Positions 28,439 through 38,352 of a stretch of DNA of 61,944 nt are shown here, piece after piece. Every line of letters begins with the position of its first letter. The stretch's first letter is position 1. The notes under the pieces were generated by a model. The model did no database searches. It was not told the origin of the DNA and saw nothing but the letters and a program-made list of their open reading frames with translations. The stretch spans positions 1 to 61,944 of IMG/VR virus record IMGVR_UViG_3300036768_001294, one strand, 5' to 3'. Both the position numbers and the translations under genes were made by a program. This DNA comes from a virus. Its lineage: Duplodnaviria > Caudoviricetes.

Positions 28439-29442
28439 TGACGGTTAGAGCTTTTACAAATCTTAGTGTCAGTAATAGCCTCACCGGACAAGCTGGAAGC
28501 CTTATTGACATACTCGATGCTTGTCTTGTCAGTGGTGCCGGTTGGACCAAAGCGTTTTCTGGCACGAATAAAGCTGTATATCGGGCTCCACAGGGTCAGC
28601 AATTCTATCTTCGCGTTGACGACACCGGGCCAGGGGCTCATGGAGGACGTGAAGCCAGAGTTCGCGGTTTCGAGTCAATGACCGATGTCGATACAGGCAC
28701 AAATCCATTTCCCACTGTTGCTCAGAAAGCCAATGGACTATTTGTTCGTAAGTCAGCAACTGCCGATACCACAGTTCGCTCATGGAAGGTCTTTGTGGAT
28801 GAACGCACATTTTATATGTTTATACAAACTGGTGACATTGCCGGCACCTATTTTGGTTGGGCATTTGGTGAGATCTATTCTTTCAAGACAAACGACCCTG
28901 GACGAACGATTCTCATTGCTAGGCCCAATGAAGCCAATACGAGCGGTTATGCTGGAGATGAGCCATTTGCCTATGCTATCGTGAAGCCTTCAAATCTGTC
29001 CCAACCAGCCCACTACCTCGCTAGAGCTGTTGGTGGAGGTGCTGGAGCAAAAGCTTGTGGAAAGATCCAGGCTGGTCTCACTTCTTCAAAAGACCTCGAT
29101 AATCAAGTGACCGAGGCCCTACCGATTATTGGTTATTTGGATCAACCTCCGACCACCAGTCATCGATGGAAGCTTGCAAGCTTACGAGTAATCGAAGATG
29201 ATGGCTCTGGAAACATGGTCATTCGCGGTCGGCTTCGCGGACTCATGCAAGTCTGTCATCATCCAGCGTACGCACAAACCATCCTCATAGACAATGCAAT
29301 ATTTTCAGGTCAAGGAAATCTTGCCAATCGGGCGTTCCAGACAGTTTTGGTATTGGGACGAGCAGCATTTGACTCAACGGGCAAAATCGCTTCTGGCAGC
29401 GCTGCCGCCGTTGAAATCACAGATTGGGAAGTCTCATCATGA
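28438..29442 (+). CDS. Tail virion protein, paralog 3 of 4
   Basis: Same motifs (LDACLV, GWTKAFSGTNKA, EARVRGFESM, RGRLRGL). Confidence 0.75.
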   Translation: MTVRAFTNLSVSNSLTGQAGSLIDILDACLVSGAGWTKAFSGTNKAVYRAPQGQQFYLRVDDTGPGAHGGREARVRGFESMTDVDTGTNPFPTVAQKANGLFVRKSATADTTVRSWKVFVDERTFYMFIQTGDIAGTYFGWAFGEIYSFKTNDPGRTILIARPNEANTSGYAGDEPFAYAIVKPSNLSQPAHYLARAVGGGAGAKACGKIQAGLTSSKDLDNQVTEALPIIGYLDQPPTTSHRWKLASLRVIEDDGSGNMVIRGRLRGLMQVCHHPAYAQTILIDNAIFSGQGNLANRAFQTVLVLGRAAFDSTGKIASGSAAAVEITDWEVSS

Positions 29443-30404
29443 CTGTAAGACTGTACCAGTCTACAGATACAAGCGCTCCATCACTCACAGGAGAAAATGG
29501 ATCGCTTATTACTGTACTTGATGCTTGCCTTGTCAACGGCTACGGAACAAAAACTGCTGCGGGGTGGACCAAAGCTTTCAGCGGAACAAACAAGGCTGCA
29601 TATCGCATGGGTTTGGGGCTCCAGAACTATGTAAGAGTTTACGATGATGGCTCATCCGGAGATGGGCGCCAAGCACTTACACGCGGATTTGAGACCATGA
29701 GCGATGTCGATAACGGTCTCCTGCCTTTTCCAACAGTCCAACAACGATTGCAAGGAATCTTCATTCTCAAATCCACGACAGCAGATAGTACAGCGCGCCC
29801 GTGGAAGATCTTAGCCGATGAACGCACCATCTATATGTTTACTAAGCCGGATGGCTCGACATTTTGGTCAGGCTGGATGTATGGCGAAATTAATTCTTTT
29901 GTTAGTGGTGATCTAGGTCGATCTTCCATCGTTGGAAGAATTGCTTCGATGTCGAATACACCAGCCGATGGAGAATGGCTTGATCGTTACACTCATCTCT
30001 TAGGCTTCTCAGTTGATGGTCTCTCATCTTTTCATTACATGGCACGCCCTGTAGATTACACAAAGACTGGATCAGTAGAAGGCGGCCAAGGTGGTGACCT
30101 GGAAATCCTCAAAGCTGGTACTGTGAGAGACCCTGGCATTTCCCGCCCCAATCCCGCCGACAATCGTACATATCTCTCCCGCATTTATGCATTCTCATTA
30201 GCCGTAGGCGGATCGAGAGGATCAATTCGCGGTTACTTGAGGGGCCTTTGGCAGTATTGTCATCCAAGCAGCACGGTCACGGATGGAGACGTACTAACCG
30301 GTGCCGGATCATTAGCCGGTCGATCATTTTTGATTCTTAAGCCAACGGGAAATTCAATCGTATATTGTCTTGAAACATCAAACACTTGGGACACATCTAG
30401 CTAA
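29439..30404 (+). CDS. Tail virion protein, paralog 4 of 4
   Basis: Same motifs (LDACLVNGYG, GWTKAFSGTNKA, RGYLRGLW, ETSNTW). Confidence 0.75.
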   Translation: MTVRLYQSTDTSAPSLTGENGSLITVLDACLVNGYGTKTAAGWTKAFSGTNKAAYRMGLGLQNYVRVYDDGSSGDGRQALTRGFETMSDVDNGLLPFPTVQQRLQGIFILKSTTADSTARPWKILADERTIYMFTKPDGSTFWSGWMYGEINSFVSGDLGRSSIVGRIASMSNTPADGEWLDRYTHLLGFSVDGLSSFHYMARPVDYTKTGSVEGGQGGDLEILKAGTVRDPGISRPNPADNRTYLSRIYAFSLAVGGSRGSIRGYLRGLWQYCHPSSTVTDGDVLTGAGSLAGRSFLILKPTGNSIVYCLETSNTWDTSS

Positions 30405-30460
30405 ATGTCCTATAGTATCAATATTTTTCATGTTTATTTGTCAACAAGGAATTTCATAAA

Positions 30461-30823
30461 ATGATTGGGGAGGTATTTCATCTTGTCATAAATCAATTCG
30501 GAAGCATCAAAATGTCAGATGCCATGATAGCTTTAATTTCAGCAATTATTACATCAATTGGTCTCACATTGATCAATAGATTGCTATCTACACCATCTGA
30601 GCATTGGAAGCAAGCTGCCGAGATACGAGATGAGCTTCGCAATGATCTCAAGCGTGCCCAAGGTGAGCTTGAGATGCTCAGAGGCGAGATTGCGGAAAGA
30701 GATAGAGAAATTCTTGAGTTACGAGAGCAAATTATAGATTTAAATACCGAGTTGAAGAAAGTCAAACTTATTCTTGAAGAATATCAGACCAGAAATCTAA
30801 GAGTAGAGAGTTCATTTAATTAG
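30461..30823 (+). CDS. Single-TM + coiled-coil protein (holin/spanin-like)
   Basis: AMIALISAIITSIGLTLI then a long heptad helix; follows tail genes. Confidence 0.5.
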   Translation: MIGEVFHLVINQFGSIKMSDAMIALISAIITSIGLTLINRLLSTPSEHWKQAAEIRDELRNDLKRAQGELEMLRGEIAERDREILELREQIIDLNTELKKVKLILEEYQTRNLRVESSFN

Positions 30824-30835
30824 TCGAGTTGCAAC

Positions 30836-31582
30836 ATGGATATTCCAGAAGACGAAGTTTGGATACCAACAGGAGAAAAGGGTCGTCCGCCCAAATTTTC
30901 TCCCAAGTATGGCTTAGAACATCGGGCCCTCGCTTATGAAGCATTCTTAAAAGGGGCGAATTGGACAGATTGCGCGAGGGCTTTTGCCCATCATGATCCT
31001 GCAAAAACTGGACGCATGCTCGTCAAAAAATGGGCAAAAGAAGATGGGTGGCGGCGTTCTATCAAGGCTGATCAGCAGTATAAGATGAAGATCGAACAGA
31101 GAATCACGACTGATCCCGTTCGAATCTCAAGAGAGATTGATATACTTTGCTTGAAAATGCAGCAAGTTGCAGAAAATTATATCGAAGGATTCTTTGAGGT
31201 CGATGATGAAGGGCAGCAGAAAGTTGTCATCGACGCAGCATTCAAAACCAGAGATTTTGCTGATATGGCTGCCGCATTGCGGATGATTCACGAGACCAGA
31301 ATCAAGATCCGAAAAGCCACCGAGGAAGTCAATAAGACAAATAAACAGGGTGGCGGGAAAGATTTCATCTCATTCATGAAGGAAATTGGTAAAGAGAAGA
31401 TGGCCGAGCGGAATGCCCTCGTGAAAATAGAAACTTCGCATATCAACAAGGAATCATGGGATGCCTACAAAGCGCGCAGACAAAAAGCTGACCGCGAAAA
31501 TTCGGAAGCTTCCGAAGAAGACGATGCGGGAGAATCCGAAGACACGTCTTATTCGCGAACCACCTATCCCGAGATTACATAG
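30836..31582 (+). CDS. terS: Putative terminase small subunit
   Basis: GRPPK, HTH-like region ending KWAKEDGW, helical middle; directly precedes TerL. Confidence 0.65.
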   Translation: MDIPEDEVWIPTGEKGRPPKFSPKYGLEHRALAYEAFLKGANWTDCARAFAHHDPAKTGRMLVKKWAKEDGWRRSIKADQQYKMKIEQRITTDPVRISREIDILCLKMQQVAENYIEGFFEVDDEGQQKVVIDAAFKTRDFADMAAALRMIHETRIKIRKATEEVNKTNKQGGGKDFISFMKEIGKEKMAERNALVKIETSHINKESWDAYKARRQKADRENSEASEEDDAGESEDTSYSRTTYPEIT

Positions 31583-33203
31583 GACGCACAAAGATATCTG
31601 GAACTTTATCACCGATGAACAAGTAACTCCAGATGCAGCATATGGCGAGCTTAAGCAAATCTTCAAACGCTACTACGATGATCCTGTGCGATTCGTTACC
31701 GACACTCTTGCACCGGTTGCCTACACTGGAAGACTTGGACCAGATCCCTGGCAGTGCGATGTCTTAGAAGCCCTCCTCGAACATCGTCTCGTAGCCGTAA
31801 AATCCGCCCATGGTGTCGGCAAAACCAGCTGCTGCGTGTTTGCTGCATATTGGTTTCTCACAACTCGATATCTTTCCAAAGTCCCCATCATCGCCCCCAC
31901 CTTTGGCAAGCAGATCAAAGCCATGATCTTTGCCGAGATGCATTTGTGGCGGAAGCGCTCCTTGCTGCGCGATATCTATACCAGCAATCAGACCAAAATC
32001 GGCATTGTAGGCGCAGAGATGGAGTGGTTTGCTGAGGGCGTTGCGGCTGAGGAACCCGATAAAGTTGAAGGCTTCCATGCCCCTGGTGGCGTCTTTTATA
32101 TCCTTGACGAAGCCAAAGGCATTAAGCACAAGATTTGGGATGCTGCAAGAGGCGCACTCACCGGCACAGAAGATCGCATGCTAGCCGTATCCACTCCGCC
32201 TCTCGCTCCCGTTGGCGAGTTTGTCAGAGTCTTCACCCATTTGCGAACCACCTGGAAGACCTTTTCCATTGGTCCCACACCGCGTCAATCTAAGGAATGG
32301 CGTCAAGAGCGTGAGCGAGAATGGCCAAAGGGATCGCCAGAGTATGTTTCTAAAATCTTGGGAGAAATTCCCACATCTGCAACAGATCGTACCATCATTC
32401 CGCTCAATCTCATCGAAGCCGCCATGAAACGTCAGCCGACAGCAGAGATGTTGAAAGGGCCGTCGCGGATTGGCATGGATGTGGCGCGTTATGGGCAAGA
32501 CTCAACCGTTTTAGCCTTCCTACAAGGCAAGGCAGTAACCAGGCTTGAAACATTTTCCAAGCAAGATACGGCCACAAGTGCAAAGATCCTCGAAGAGGCA
32601 CTGCCGTATTATGATAGCGCACAGATCGATGAAGTCGCCGTTGGTGCAGGAGTCATCGATCCCCTATCTCATCATCCTGAGTTGAAAAAGAAGATCATTC
32701 CCGTCCGCGCCAACGATGCTTCACCAGAGCCAGAGCGGTATCATAATCTGGCGACATGGATGTGGTTTAAATTTTTGGAGTGGCTTGAGGCTGGAGGCAT
32801 ATTGCCATACGATGATGAACTCTGCTCTCAGTTAGCCTCAAGAGAGTACGAGTGGCATTACCAGTACGGAAGGATGAGCCGGCGCCTCACCTCCAAATCA
32901 AAATTAGCCACTTCCGGCAAATCACCGGATAAAGCCGAAGCCGTCATTCTCGCTGTCGTTCAAGTACCAAGAGCAATGGCTGTGATTCTTGGTGATAAAG
33001 ATATGAAAGAAGAACAAGAGAGTCTTAGGAGTCTCGAAGAGAAAGCTCAATCCATCCGTCGATTAAGATCACAAGAAAAAGAAGCAGTTGATGAAGCACC
33101 AGAAGATCGACGGCTTGATCGTTTGGGAATCCATAGTCATCATCGTAAACAACAATTCTTTTCGAGGGAAAAATCAATTGGATTTTGGAGACGAAAGCCT
33201 TGA
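31461..33203 (+). CDS. terL: Terminase large subunit
   Basis: PDPWQ, KSAHGVGKT (Walker A), APT..Q, ILDEAKG (Walker B), STP, GMDVARYGQD nuclease motif, SPDKAEA. Confidence 0.92.
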   Translation: MPTKRADKKLTAKIRKLPKKTMRENPKTRLIREPPIPRLHRTHKDIWNFITDEQVTPDAAYGELKQIFKRYYDDPVRFVTDTLAPVAYTGRLGPDPWQCDVLEALLEHRLVAVKSAHGVGKTSCCVFAAYWFLTTRYLSKVPIIAPTFGKQIKAMIFAEMHLWRKRSLLRDIYTSNQTKIGIVGAEMEWFAEGVAAEEPDKVEGFHAPGGVFYILDEAKGIKHKIWDAARGALTGTEDRMLAVSTPPLAPVGEFVRVFTHLRTTWKTFSIGPTPRQSKEWRQEREREWPKGSPEYVSKILGEIPTSATDRTIIPLNLIEAAMKRQPTAEMLKGPSRIGMDVARYGQDSTVLAFLQGKAVTRLETFSKQDTATSAKILEEALPYYDSAQIDEVAVGAGVIDPLSHHPELKKKIIPVRANDASPEPERYHNLATWMWFKFLEWLEAGGILPYDDELCSQLASREYEWHYQYGRMSRRLTSKSKLATSGKSPDKAEAVILAVVQVPRAMAVILGDKDMKEEQESLRSLEEKAQSIRRLRSQEKEAVDEAPEDRRLDRLGIHSHHRKQQFFSREKSIGFWRRKP

Positions 33204-33228
33204 CACACGCGGCTCCATGTGATAAAAA

Positions 33229-34047
33229 TTGATAAAACTCGATCATGGTCTGCAAGAGGAAAGGCTATTGATAGAAGCTTTTCTGTCAGACATTCACTTT
33301 CCCGTTCACGAAAAAGCCACTTGGAATTTGACATTGCGATTGCTGAAGAAGATCAATCCCGATGTCATTTTCTTGGGTGGGGATATCTTTGACATGCTGC
33401 CTGTTGGCTCTTACGTAAAGAGCCCAGAGAAGGCGATTCGGCTTCAGGAAGATCTTGACATTGGCATTGCTGAGCTTCGGCGGTTACGACAGAGCTTTCC
33501 TTCCGCGAAAATCTACTTCAAATGCGGAAATCATGAGACGCGGCTAACTCGATTCCTCTTTTCACGGGCCGCCGAGCTTGCTGGATTGAGAAAATTGCAT
33601 TTGCGGAGCTTACTAGATCTGGATGAGTTAGATATCGAGTATATCGATAATGATGAGCAGTTTAAGATCGGTGAGCTTTGGCATATGCATGGCAATGAGA
33701 TCCCTGTAGGCAGCGTCTATCCTGCACGAAATCTCTATCTCAAAGTCGGCGTCAACGTGATTTTTGGGCACTTCCATCGCGAATCGAAGTATCTCGACCG
33801 GGCAATGGATAAGAAGTCCAGAGGAGCTTGGGGCAACTCTTGCATGCAGACCTTTGATCCAGAGTATCTGTTTCACAATCAATGGACCCATGGATTCCAC
33901 ATTGTCGAGTATAATCGCTACGGCCGATTTCGTGTTGAGCCTTTTACCTTCTTCCAAGAGCATTCCAAGGAATGTTTTGTTTACCAGGGCAAGCTAATGC
34001 TTGAGCCGATGTCAGAGCCCAAGAAGGTCAAAGAGCACAAGTTATGA
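33229..34047 (+). CDS. Calcineurin-like metallophosphoesterase
   Basis: SDIH, GGDIFD, GNHE, HG, GHFHR. Confidence 0.88.
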   Translation: MIKLDHGLQEERLLIEAFLSDIHFPVHEKATWNLTLRLLKKINPDVIFLGGDIFDMLPVGSYVKSPEKAIRLQEDLDIGIAELRRLRQSFPSAKIYFKCGNHETRLTRFLFSRAAELAGLRKLHLRSLLDLDELDIEYIDNDEQFKIGELWHMHGNEIPVGSVYPARNLYLKVGVNVIFGHFHRESKYLDRAMDKKSRGAWGNSCMQTFDPEYLFHNQWTHGFHIVEYNRYGRFRVEPFTFFQEHSKECFVYQGKLMLEPMSEPKKVKEHKL

Positions 34048-34080
34048 GCTGGACAGATTCGGTCTTTCAGCGTATCTTAT

Positions 34081-34443
34081 GTGGGTGGGAAATCCGCCCA
34101 TACTCATCCGACCAATGCAGCTGTCGGTATGGATGGTGGAAGCCCATTGAAAACGGTGGAGCACGATTTTTCGGCTGCCTTGGGCATACCGATATTCCAG
34201 AAGTCTATGGCGAAAGCGAAGAAAAAAGCGAGAGTGAGAGAGATCAAAGCATCGCCCAAGCTACCAGTTGAGCCTGGAGAGATTCATCATATCTCTCTCA
34301 CGCTCCGCGGCAGCTATTGGGATGCAAAGTGTTTAACATGTGGCCGTGGAGCCATGTGCGGTGGTGGTGTTGGTGATGCTGAAGCCATGCTGCGGCGTTG
34401 GGTTGAGTGGCATGCATCACCAAATGAATTCTTGGAGCCATGA
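34081..34443 (+). CDS. Hypothetical protein
   Basis: 120 aa with CxxC; competing ORF 34044..34271 overlaps, so the choice is uncertain. Confidence 0.4.
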   Translation: MGGKSAHTHPTNAAVGMDGGSPLKTVEHDFSAALGIPIFQKSMAKAKKKARVREIKASPKLPVEPGEIHHISLTLRGSYWDAKCLTCGRGAMCGGGVGDAEAMLRRWVEWHASPNEFLEP

Positions 34444-34658
34444 TGGATTGGTTAGCCGCAGGATTAACGATTCTCTCGTGTGAGCTGCTGGTGCATAAGA
34501 AGTGGTATGGTTGGATTCTTGGTTTAGTGAATCAAGGAGTGTGGTACTATATCAGCATCACGAATCGATTATGGGGCGTTGCGGTCTTAGCTACCATCAT
34601 GTCTATCATGAGCGCGCGCGGTCTGCTGCGCTGGTATAGGGAAGAGTACAATGAATGA
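34440..34658 (+). CDS. PnuC-like small membrane protein
   Basis: MDW...K.W.GW.LGL.NQ..W...GL.RW pattern of short phage PnuC-like proteins. Confidence 0.6.
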   Translation: MMDWLAAGLTILSCELLVHKKWYGWILGLVNQGVWYYISITNRLWGVAVLATIMSIMSARGLLRWYREEYNE

Positions 34659-34827
34659 GAACGCCGGACGGCGAGTCATGCTGGTTAACTGGACATTTCC
34701 CGGCAAGCTGACGTTAGGCATGACCGGCACTATCATCTCAGAGCATGAGCGCTACGTGATGGTGCAATGGGACAACTTGAGTAAGCCATTAGCCATGCGC
34801 TATGAAGAAATCAAAATCACCCTCTAA
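34651..34827 (+). CDS. 58-aa hypothetical protein (SH3-like, G.TG.I...V.WD); not in ORF track
   Basis: ATG overlapping previous gene; MNENAGRRVMLV...GMTGTII...VMVQWDN...TL*. Confidence 0.5.
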   Translation: MNENAGRRVMLVNWTFPGKLTLGMTGTIISEHERYVMVQWDNLSKPLAMRYEEIKITL

Positions 34828-34856
34828 AGGCCTTCACCTAGTTGGTCGGGAGATCA

Positions 34857-35083
34857 TGTATGCGATTGATCGAAAATCCTGGCCAGTCTTCGAAGATGAT
34901 GAAGGTCTATACGCCGTTCGTTATATATGGAATGAATTTTCCCTACAGCACACGCACCTAACCATCATTCCAATCGATGAACCCACCAGCACCCTGGCTA
35001 TTCGCCCAACTTGGCGTCCTCGTCAGCATTGGATCTCGGACATATCAGCCACTGGCACTCATCTCACAACTTCGCCAGCGTAA
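34857..35083 (+). CDS. Hypothetical protein
   Basis: RBS GGGAG before ATG 34857, within track ORF 34802..35083. Confidence 0.4.
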
Positions 35084-35630
35084 TGCCCGTTTGCGCCTGA
35101 TATTTCCCCGACCGATCCGCATACGAAACGTCACACACTTCAGCGCTGCCTAAGAAGATTACCTGTGCCACACCCTCATTAGCATAGATCTTTGCCGGTA
35201 GTGGCGTTGTGTTGGCAATCTCAATCGTCAGATGCCCTTCCCATCCCGGCTCAAGCGGCGTCATATTCACCGCGATGCCGCATCGGGCATACGTACTTTT
35301 GCCCAAGACAATCCCGAGCACATGATTAGGCATGCGAAAGTATTCGACCGAGCGCCCCAACACAAACGAATTAGGAGGAATGATGCAGACATCACCCTCA
35401 TAATCGACAAACGAGCGCGAATCAAATCGTTTGGGATCGACAACCATCGCATTGATGTTCGTGAAGATCTTAAATTCTGGGGCAATTCGCATATCGTAGC
35501 CCATCGAAGAGAGCCCATAGGAGATGACCCCTTGTCGTTGCAAACGCTCTTCAAAGGGCTCGATCATGCGATGTTCGATGGCATAGCGGCGAATCATCCG
35601 GTCTGTAAAAATCTGGCCGTAACGCTTCAT
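35064..35630 (-). CDS. dcd: dCTP deaminase
   Basis: [51 protein letters not shown]; RBS GGAGGA. Confidence 0.93.
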   Translation of the reverse strand: MKRYGQIFTDRMIRRYAIEHRMIEPFEERLQRQGVISYGLSSMGYDMRIAPEFKIFTNINAMVVDPKRFDSRSFVDYEGDVCIIPPNSFVLGRSVEYFRMPNHVLGIVLGKSTYARCGIAVNMTPLEPGWEGHLTIEIANTTPLPAKIYANEGVAQVIFLGSAEVCDVSYADRSGKYQAQTGITLAKL

Positions 35631-35664
35631 GATATCCTCCATGCAGAATAGACCCATCATATCT

Positions 35665-36372
35665 TTAATTGGGACAGATGGTTTGAGAAGGCTGACCTTT
35701 AGCAAGATAGCTGGGTGTCGCCCTTTGCATCATGCCTTTAATAAAGTCATCGATGCGTTGCTGCTGTTCTGGCGAGCGCTCGGGAATTTCTGGGGGATGA
35801 ATCATTTCCCGGTCAATCCGCATGATCTTGTAGGACTTATCGATCACATAGGTATCTTTAGGAGTTGGGTTGTAGACGGGCTCCTTAATGGGCTCGCCGT
35901 AAAAGCACATGGGGACGGGCTCTAATTTCCACCGCCACGGCCAGTGATGCAGAAAGGATTTGATGAAGAGACGCTTCAATTCGGACGCCTCAACTTCCGT
36001 ATTGACCGATAAGAACTTGTGACAAGTATTTGGCCAGGTTTGCCACATATCTTCCAAGGCATGGCCCATGACCGGATCTTCAATGATCATTGTGGCCGTT
36101 TTGCCGTACCCTAATGCCGTTTTCAGCGTCTCAAAGGCCGTGAGGGCTTGTTGCTCACCATCCCCATCGATGAAGCGTATCAACTCAGCAACTTTAGGGA
36201 ACTGGTTACACCGTTCTACCGCCACATCGATAGCCTGCAACACATCGTGCAACTCATAGTGGGAAAGATGTTTGAAATAGAGGCTCACTAGCTCAGATTG
36301 TTTCTTGCGCTCAAACGCTAAGAAGAGATCTTGAAAAGCCCTTGAGAATCGGTCAAAATCTTTAGACTCCAT
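35665..36372 (-). CDS. Replication-associated protein (DUF6475 / helicase-loader-inhibitor-like)
   Basis: LYF..L..Y....V..A, FPKVAEL, A..A, DP....LE.M...W, F...F; follows an initiator-like gene. Confidence 0.55.
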   Translation of the reverse strand: MESKDFDRFSRAFQDLFLAFERKKQSELVSLYFKHLSHYELHDVLQAIDVAVERCNQFPKVAELIRFIDGDGEQQALTAFETLKTALGYGKTATMIIEDPVMGHALEDMWQTWPNTCHKFLSVNTEVEASELKRLFIKSFLHHWPWRWKLEPVPMCFYGEPIKEPVYNPTPKDTYVIDKSYKIMRIDREMIHPPEIPERSPEQQQRIDDFIKGMMQRATPSYLAKGQPSQTICPN

Positions 36373-36373
36373 C

Positions 36374-36964
36374 TTACGCCTCCTCTAAGAGATTCGAACC
36401 TTCCGCATCACGCGGAGCTTCCATCATGGCATCGCCTTCCTGACCATCATCATAGTGGCCTTCCTTGATTTTGGCAAAGAACTCCACGCCATTCTTGTCC
36501 CGCGCCGTGACTAACCAGTCAAATGTGACAAAAGGGCGGCTCTTTAAAAAGCTGGATTGCTCGATCTTCCGCAGAATCTCCTCCCAGTCTCGACGCTCCG
36601 GCATCAGCTTCAGAGCCCGACGAATCGCCCGCCGTCGTCCGGGACTAATCACGGTCACGCGCTTGCGCTCATCTTGAACCCAGCTATTCCAGAGATCCAC
36701 GAGGTTTTGGACATTATCGGAAAATCGACGTGATGCCAAGTGGTGATGCCGAGCCGCCTGTTCCGGATAAGAGAGGAGGCTAGGAACATCATCATCAAGG
36801 AAAAGCTCATAGCGCGAATCAATCTTGGCAAGATCCCGAAGCGAGACAAGCGCTGCAATCGCCTTAGAATTCCGGACAATCACAATGGGCTTGCCAATCT
36901 CCTGAATAGAATCCAGCAACTTCTTCACATTAATCGACAATTCAGAAGCCGTGATTTGTTGCAT
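36374..36964 (-). CDS. Phd/YefM-type DNA-binding domain fused to a phage replication-initiator-like C-terminal domain
   Basis: N: ITASEL...KKLLD.I...GKPIVIVRN.K.IAALVS (Phd); C: LWN, R...I...L, S.FL, TFDWL, KI.EG.YD. Confidence 0.65.
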   Translation of the reverse strand: MQQITASELSINVKKLLDSIQEIGKPIVIVRNSKAIAALVSLRDLAKIDSRYELFLDDDVPSLLSYPEQAARHHHLASRRFSDNVQNLVDLWNSWVQDERKRVTVISPGRRRAIRRALKLMPERRDWEEILRKIEQSSFLKSRPFVTFDWLVTARDKNGVEFFAKIKEGHYDDGQEGDAMMEAPRDAEGSNLLEEA

Positions 36965-37035
36965 CGTCCTGCTTTCTCCTAATTTTCAGATTGTTGCGAA
37001 AACGTTTCACCAAGACCAACCATCCAGCTGCCTAT

Positions 37036-37064
37036 GATATAGCATCAAGCTAGGAACAGGTCAA
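37036..37064 (-). promoter_or_regulatory. Sigma70-type promoter for the leftward replication operon
   Basis: Minus strand TTGACC-17 bp-TATATC with extended TGn, ~70 bp upstream of the 36964 start. Confidence 0.55.
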
Positions 37065-37281
37065 GAGCGAATTCTGAATGCGATGAAAAAAATCTGACAC
37101 CCGTCTTTCCACGACGAACCTCCAATCTTTTTCCATATGTTGTTCCACAAAACCCATCCCACCCTTCTTTCCACCTTCCGCCAATAAATCCAACCATATA
37201 GCATATTCAACTGCCTCACCACCGCCACACCACAAAAGAAAATTCCCTTCCCCCCACACCCCCTATCCCTTTTAAGAAAAT

Positions 37282-37331
37282 ATGAGTGAGTGAGTGAGTG
37301 CTTGCTTTTTTTCTTTTTTTTTTTTTTTTTT
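37282..37331. repeat. (GAGT)4 microsatellite and long poly-T tract
   Basis: TGAGTGAGTGAGTGAGTG followed by T7-C-T18. Confidence 0.85.
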
Positions 37332-37372
37332 AAGAAGAAAAGAAACCAGAAGCTTTTACTTCTAGACCTTAG

Positions 37373-37464
37373 ACTGGTAGCTCATCTGAAGATTACTGGC
37401 TTCTGATTCAGCCTACGACTCTATACTGGTAGCTCATCTAGGGTCCTTACGGCTTCTGATTCAG
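37373..37464. repeat. Two-copy ~52-bp direct repeat
   Basis: ACTGGTAGCTCATCT (37373, 37425) and GGCTTCTGATTCAG (37398, 37451). Confidence 0.85.
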
Positions 37465-37508
37465 TCTTTGTCTTTTCTTTTACCCCTCAAAGGTCAAAGC
37501 TTAAACCC

Positions 37509-37695
37509 TAGATACCGTTTGCTTTGAGAGATGTTAATCCTGCCTCCCTCCAATATCTTACCACGGTGGTACTACCTTAAAAGCCACAGACTCTAGGCTT
37601 CCCACCTATCCTTAGATACGGTTTGCTTTGAGAGATGTGATTCAAACCCCCTCCATGATTCTACCACGGTGGTACTACCTAAAGAACCACAGACT
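37509..37695. repeat. Two-copy ~104-bp direct repeat containing palindrome TACCAC-G-GTGGTA
   Basis: TAGATACnGTTTGCTTTGAGAGATGT (37509, 37613), TACCACGGTGGTACTACCT (37559, 37662), CCACAGACT (37584, 37687). Confidence 0.85.
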
Positions 37696-38352
37696 TTAAA
37701 CTCCGTTCCCATTAGCTTATATTGTGAGATAGCTAGACACATCCTGACTTTAAATCAAACAAGCTAAAACCAAGTCGGAAAGCTTAAGCTGCAAATTCTT
37801 TTTGTCTTTCAAAAAATTAAAAAAAATCCCCTCTCTCACGAATGCACGCACGCACTAGAATTTCTTTGAGGTAGGGGGGGCGCGGGGGGGAAGGAACTTT
37901 CTTTTCCAGCGCCACACCGCTCGCCAAAATCCATCATCAGCAGGTCCGCAAAGGCCTATGAAATCCGGAAATGGGCGTAAAACGCTCAGAATTGGTTTAT
38001 AGGGCGAGTTAAGGAGAGAGGGTATATGTTGGTAGCGGGTAGGAGAAAAAGTTTCAATAGCGGGCAAAAGAGAGGGGAAAAAGGGGTAAATTGGAAGTTG
38101 ATGCCAGACCCATTTTTAGGGTTGGAAGAAATTGACCCTCTCCCTATAAACCATCTCGGGGGGGTTGCTCAGGGGATACAAAAAATTTTGGGTATGGATT
38201 GGGGGATGGATGGTTGGGAAATATTCTGGCTGGCATTTGGCCGCCCCTGATAGGGTCACGTAATCTGTCTCCACTCTTTATCGCTTCCCACTCTTGCTCT
38301 TCCCTCTTGCTCCCTACCAGCTCCCCCCTCCCTCATCATGAGCCCCTCATTT

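Noticed and set aside
26504-30404. Diversity-generating retroelement or invertase shufflon acting on tail paralogs
   Set aside because: No reverse transcriptase, no adenine-specific TR/VR pair, no recombinase seen; all copies are full-length and co-oriented
30414-30444. Antisense sigma70 promoter (TTGACA...GATACT)
   Set aside because: 19-bp spacer in an AT-rich gap; too weak to call
36374-36964. Phd-Doc / YefM-YoeB toxin-antitoxin pair
   Set aside because: No adjacent toxin; the Phd domain is fused to an initiator-like domain
37373-37695. Possible mini-CRISPR array
   Set aside because: Only two copies of each unit, intervening segments are related to each other, and no cas genes are present
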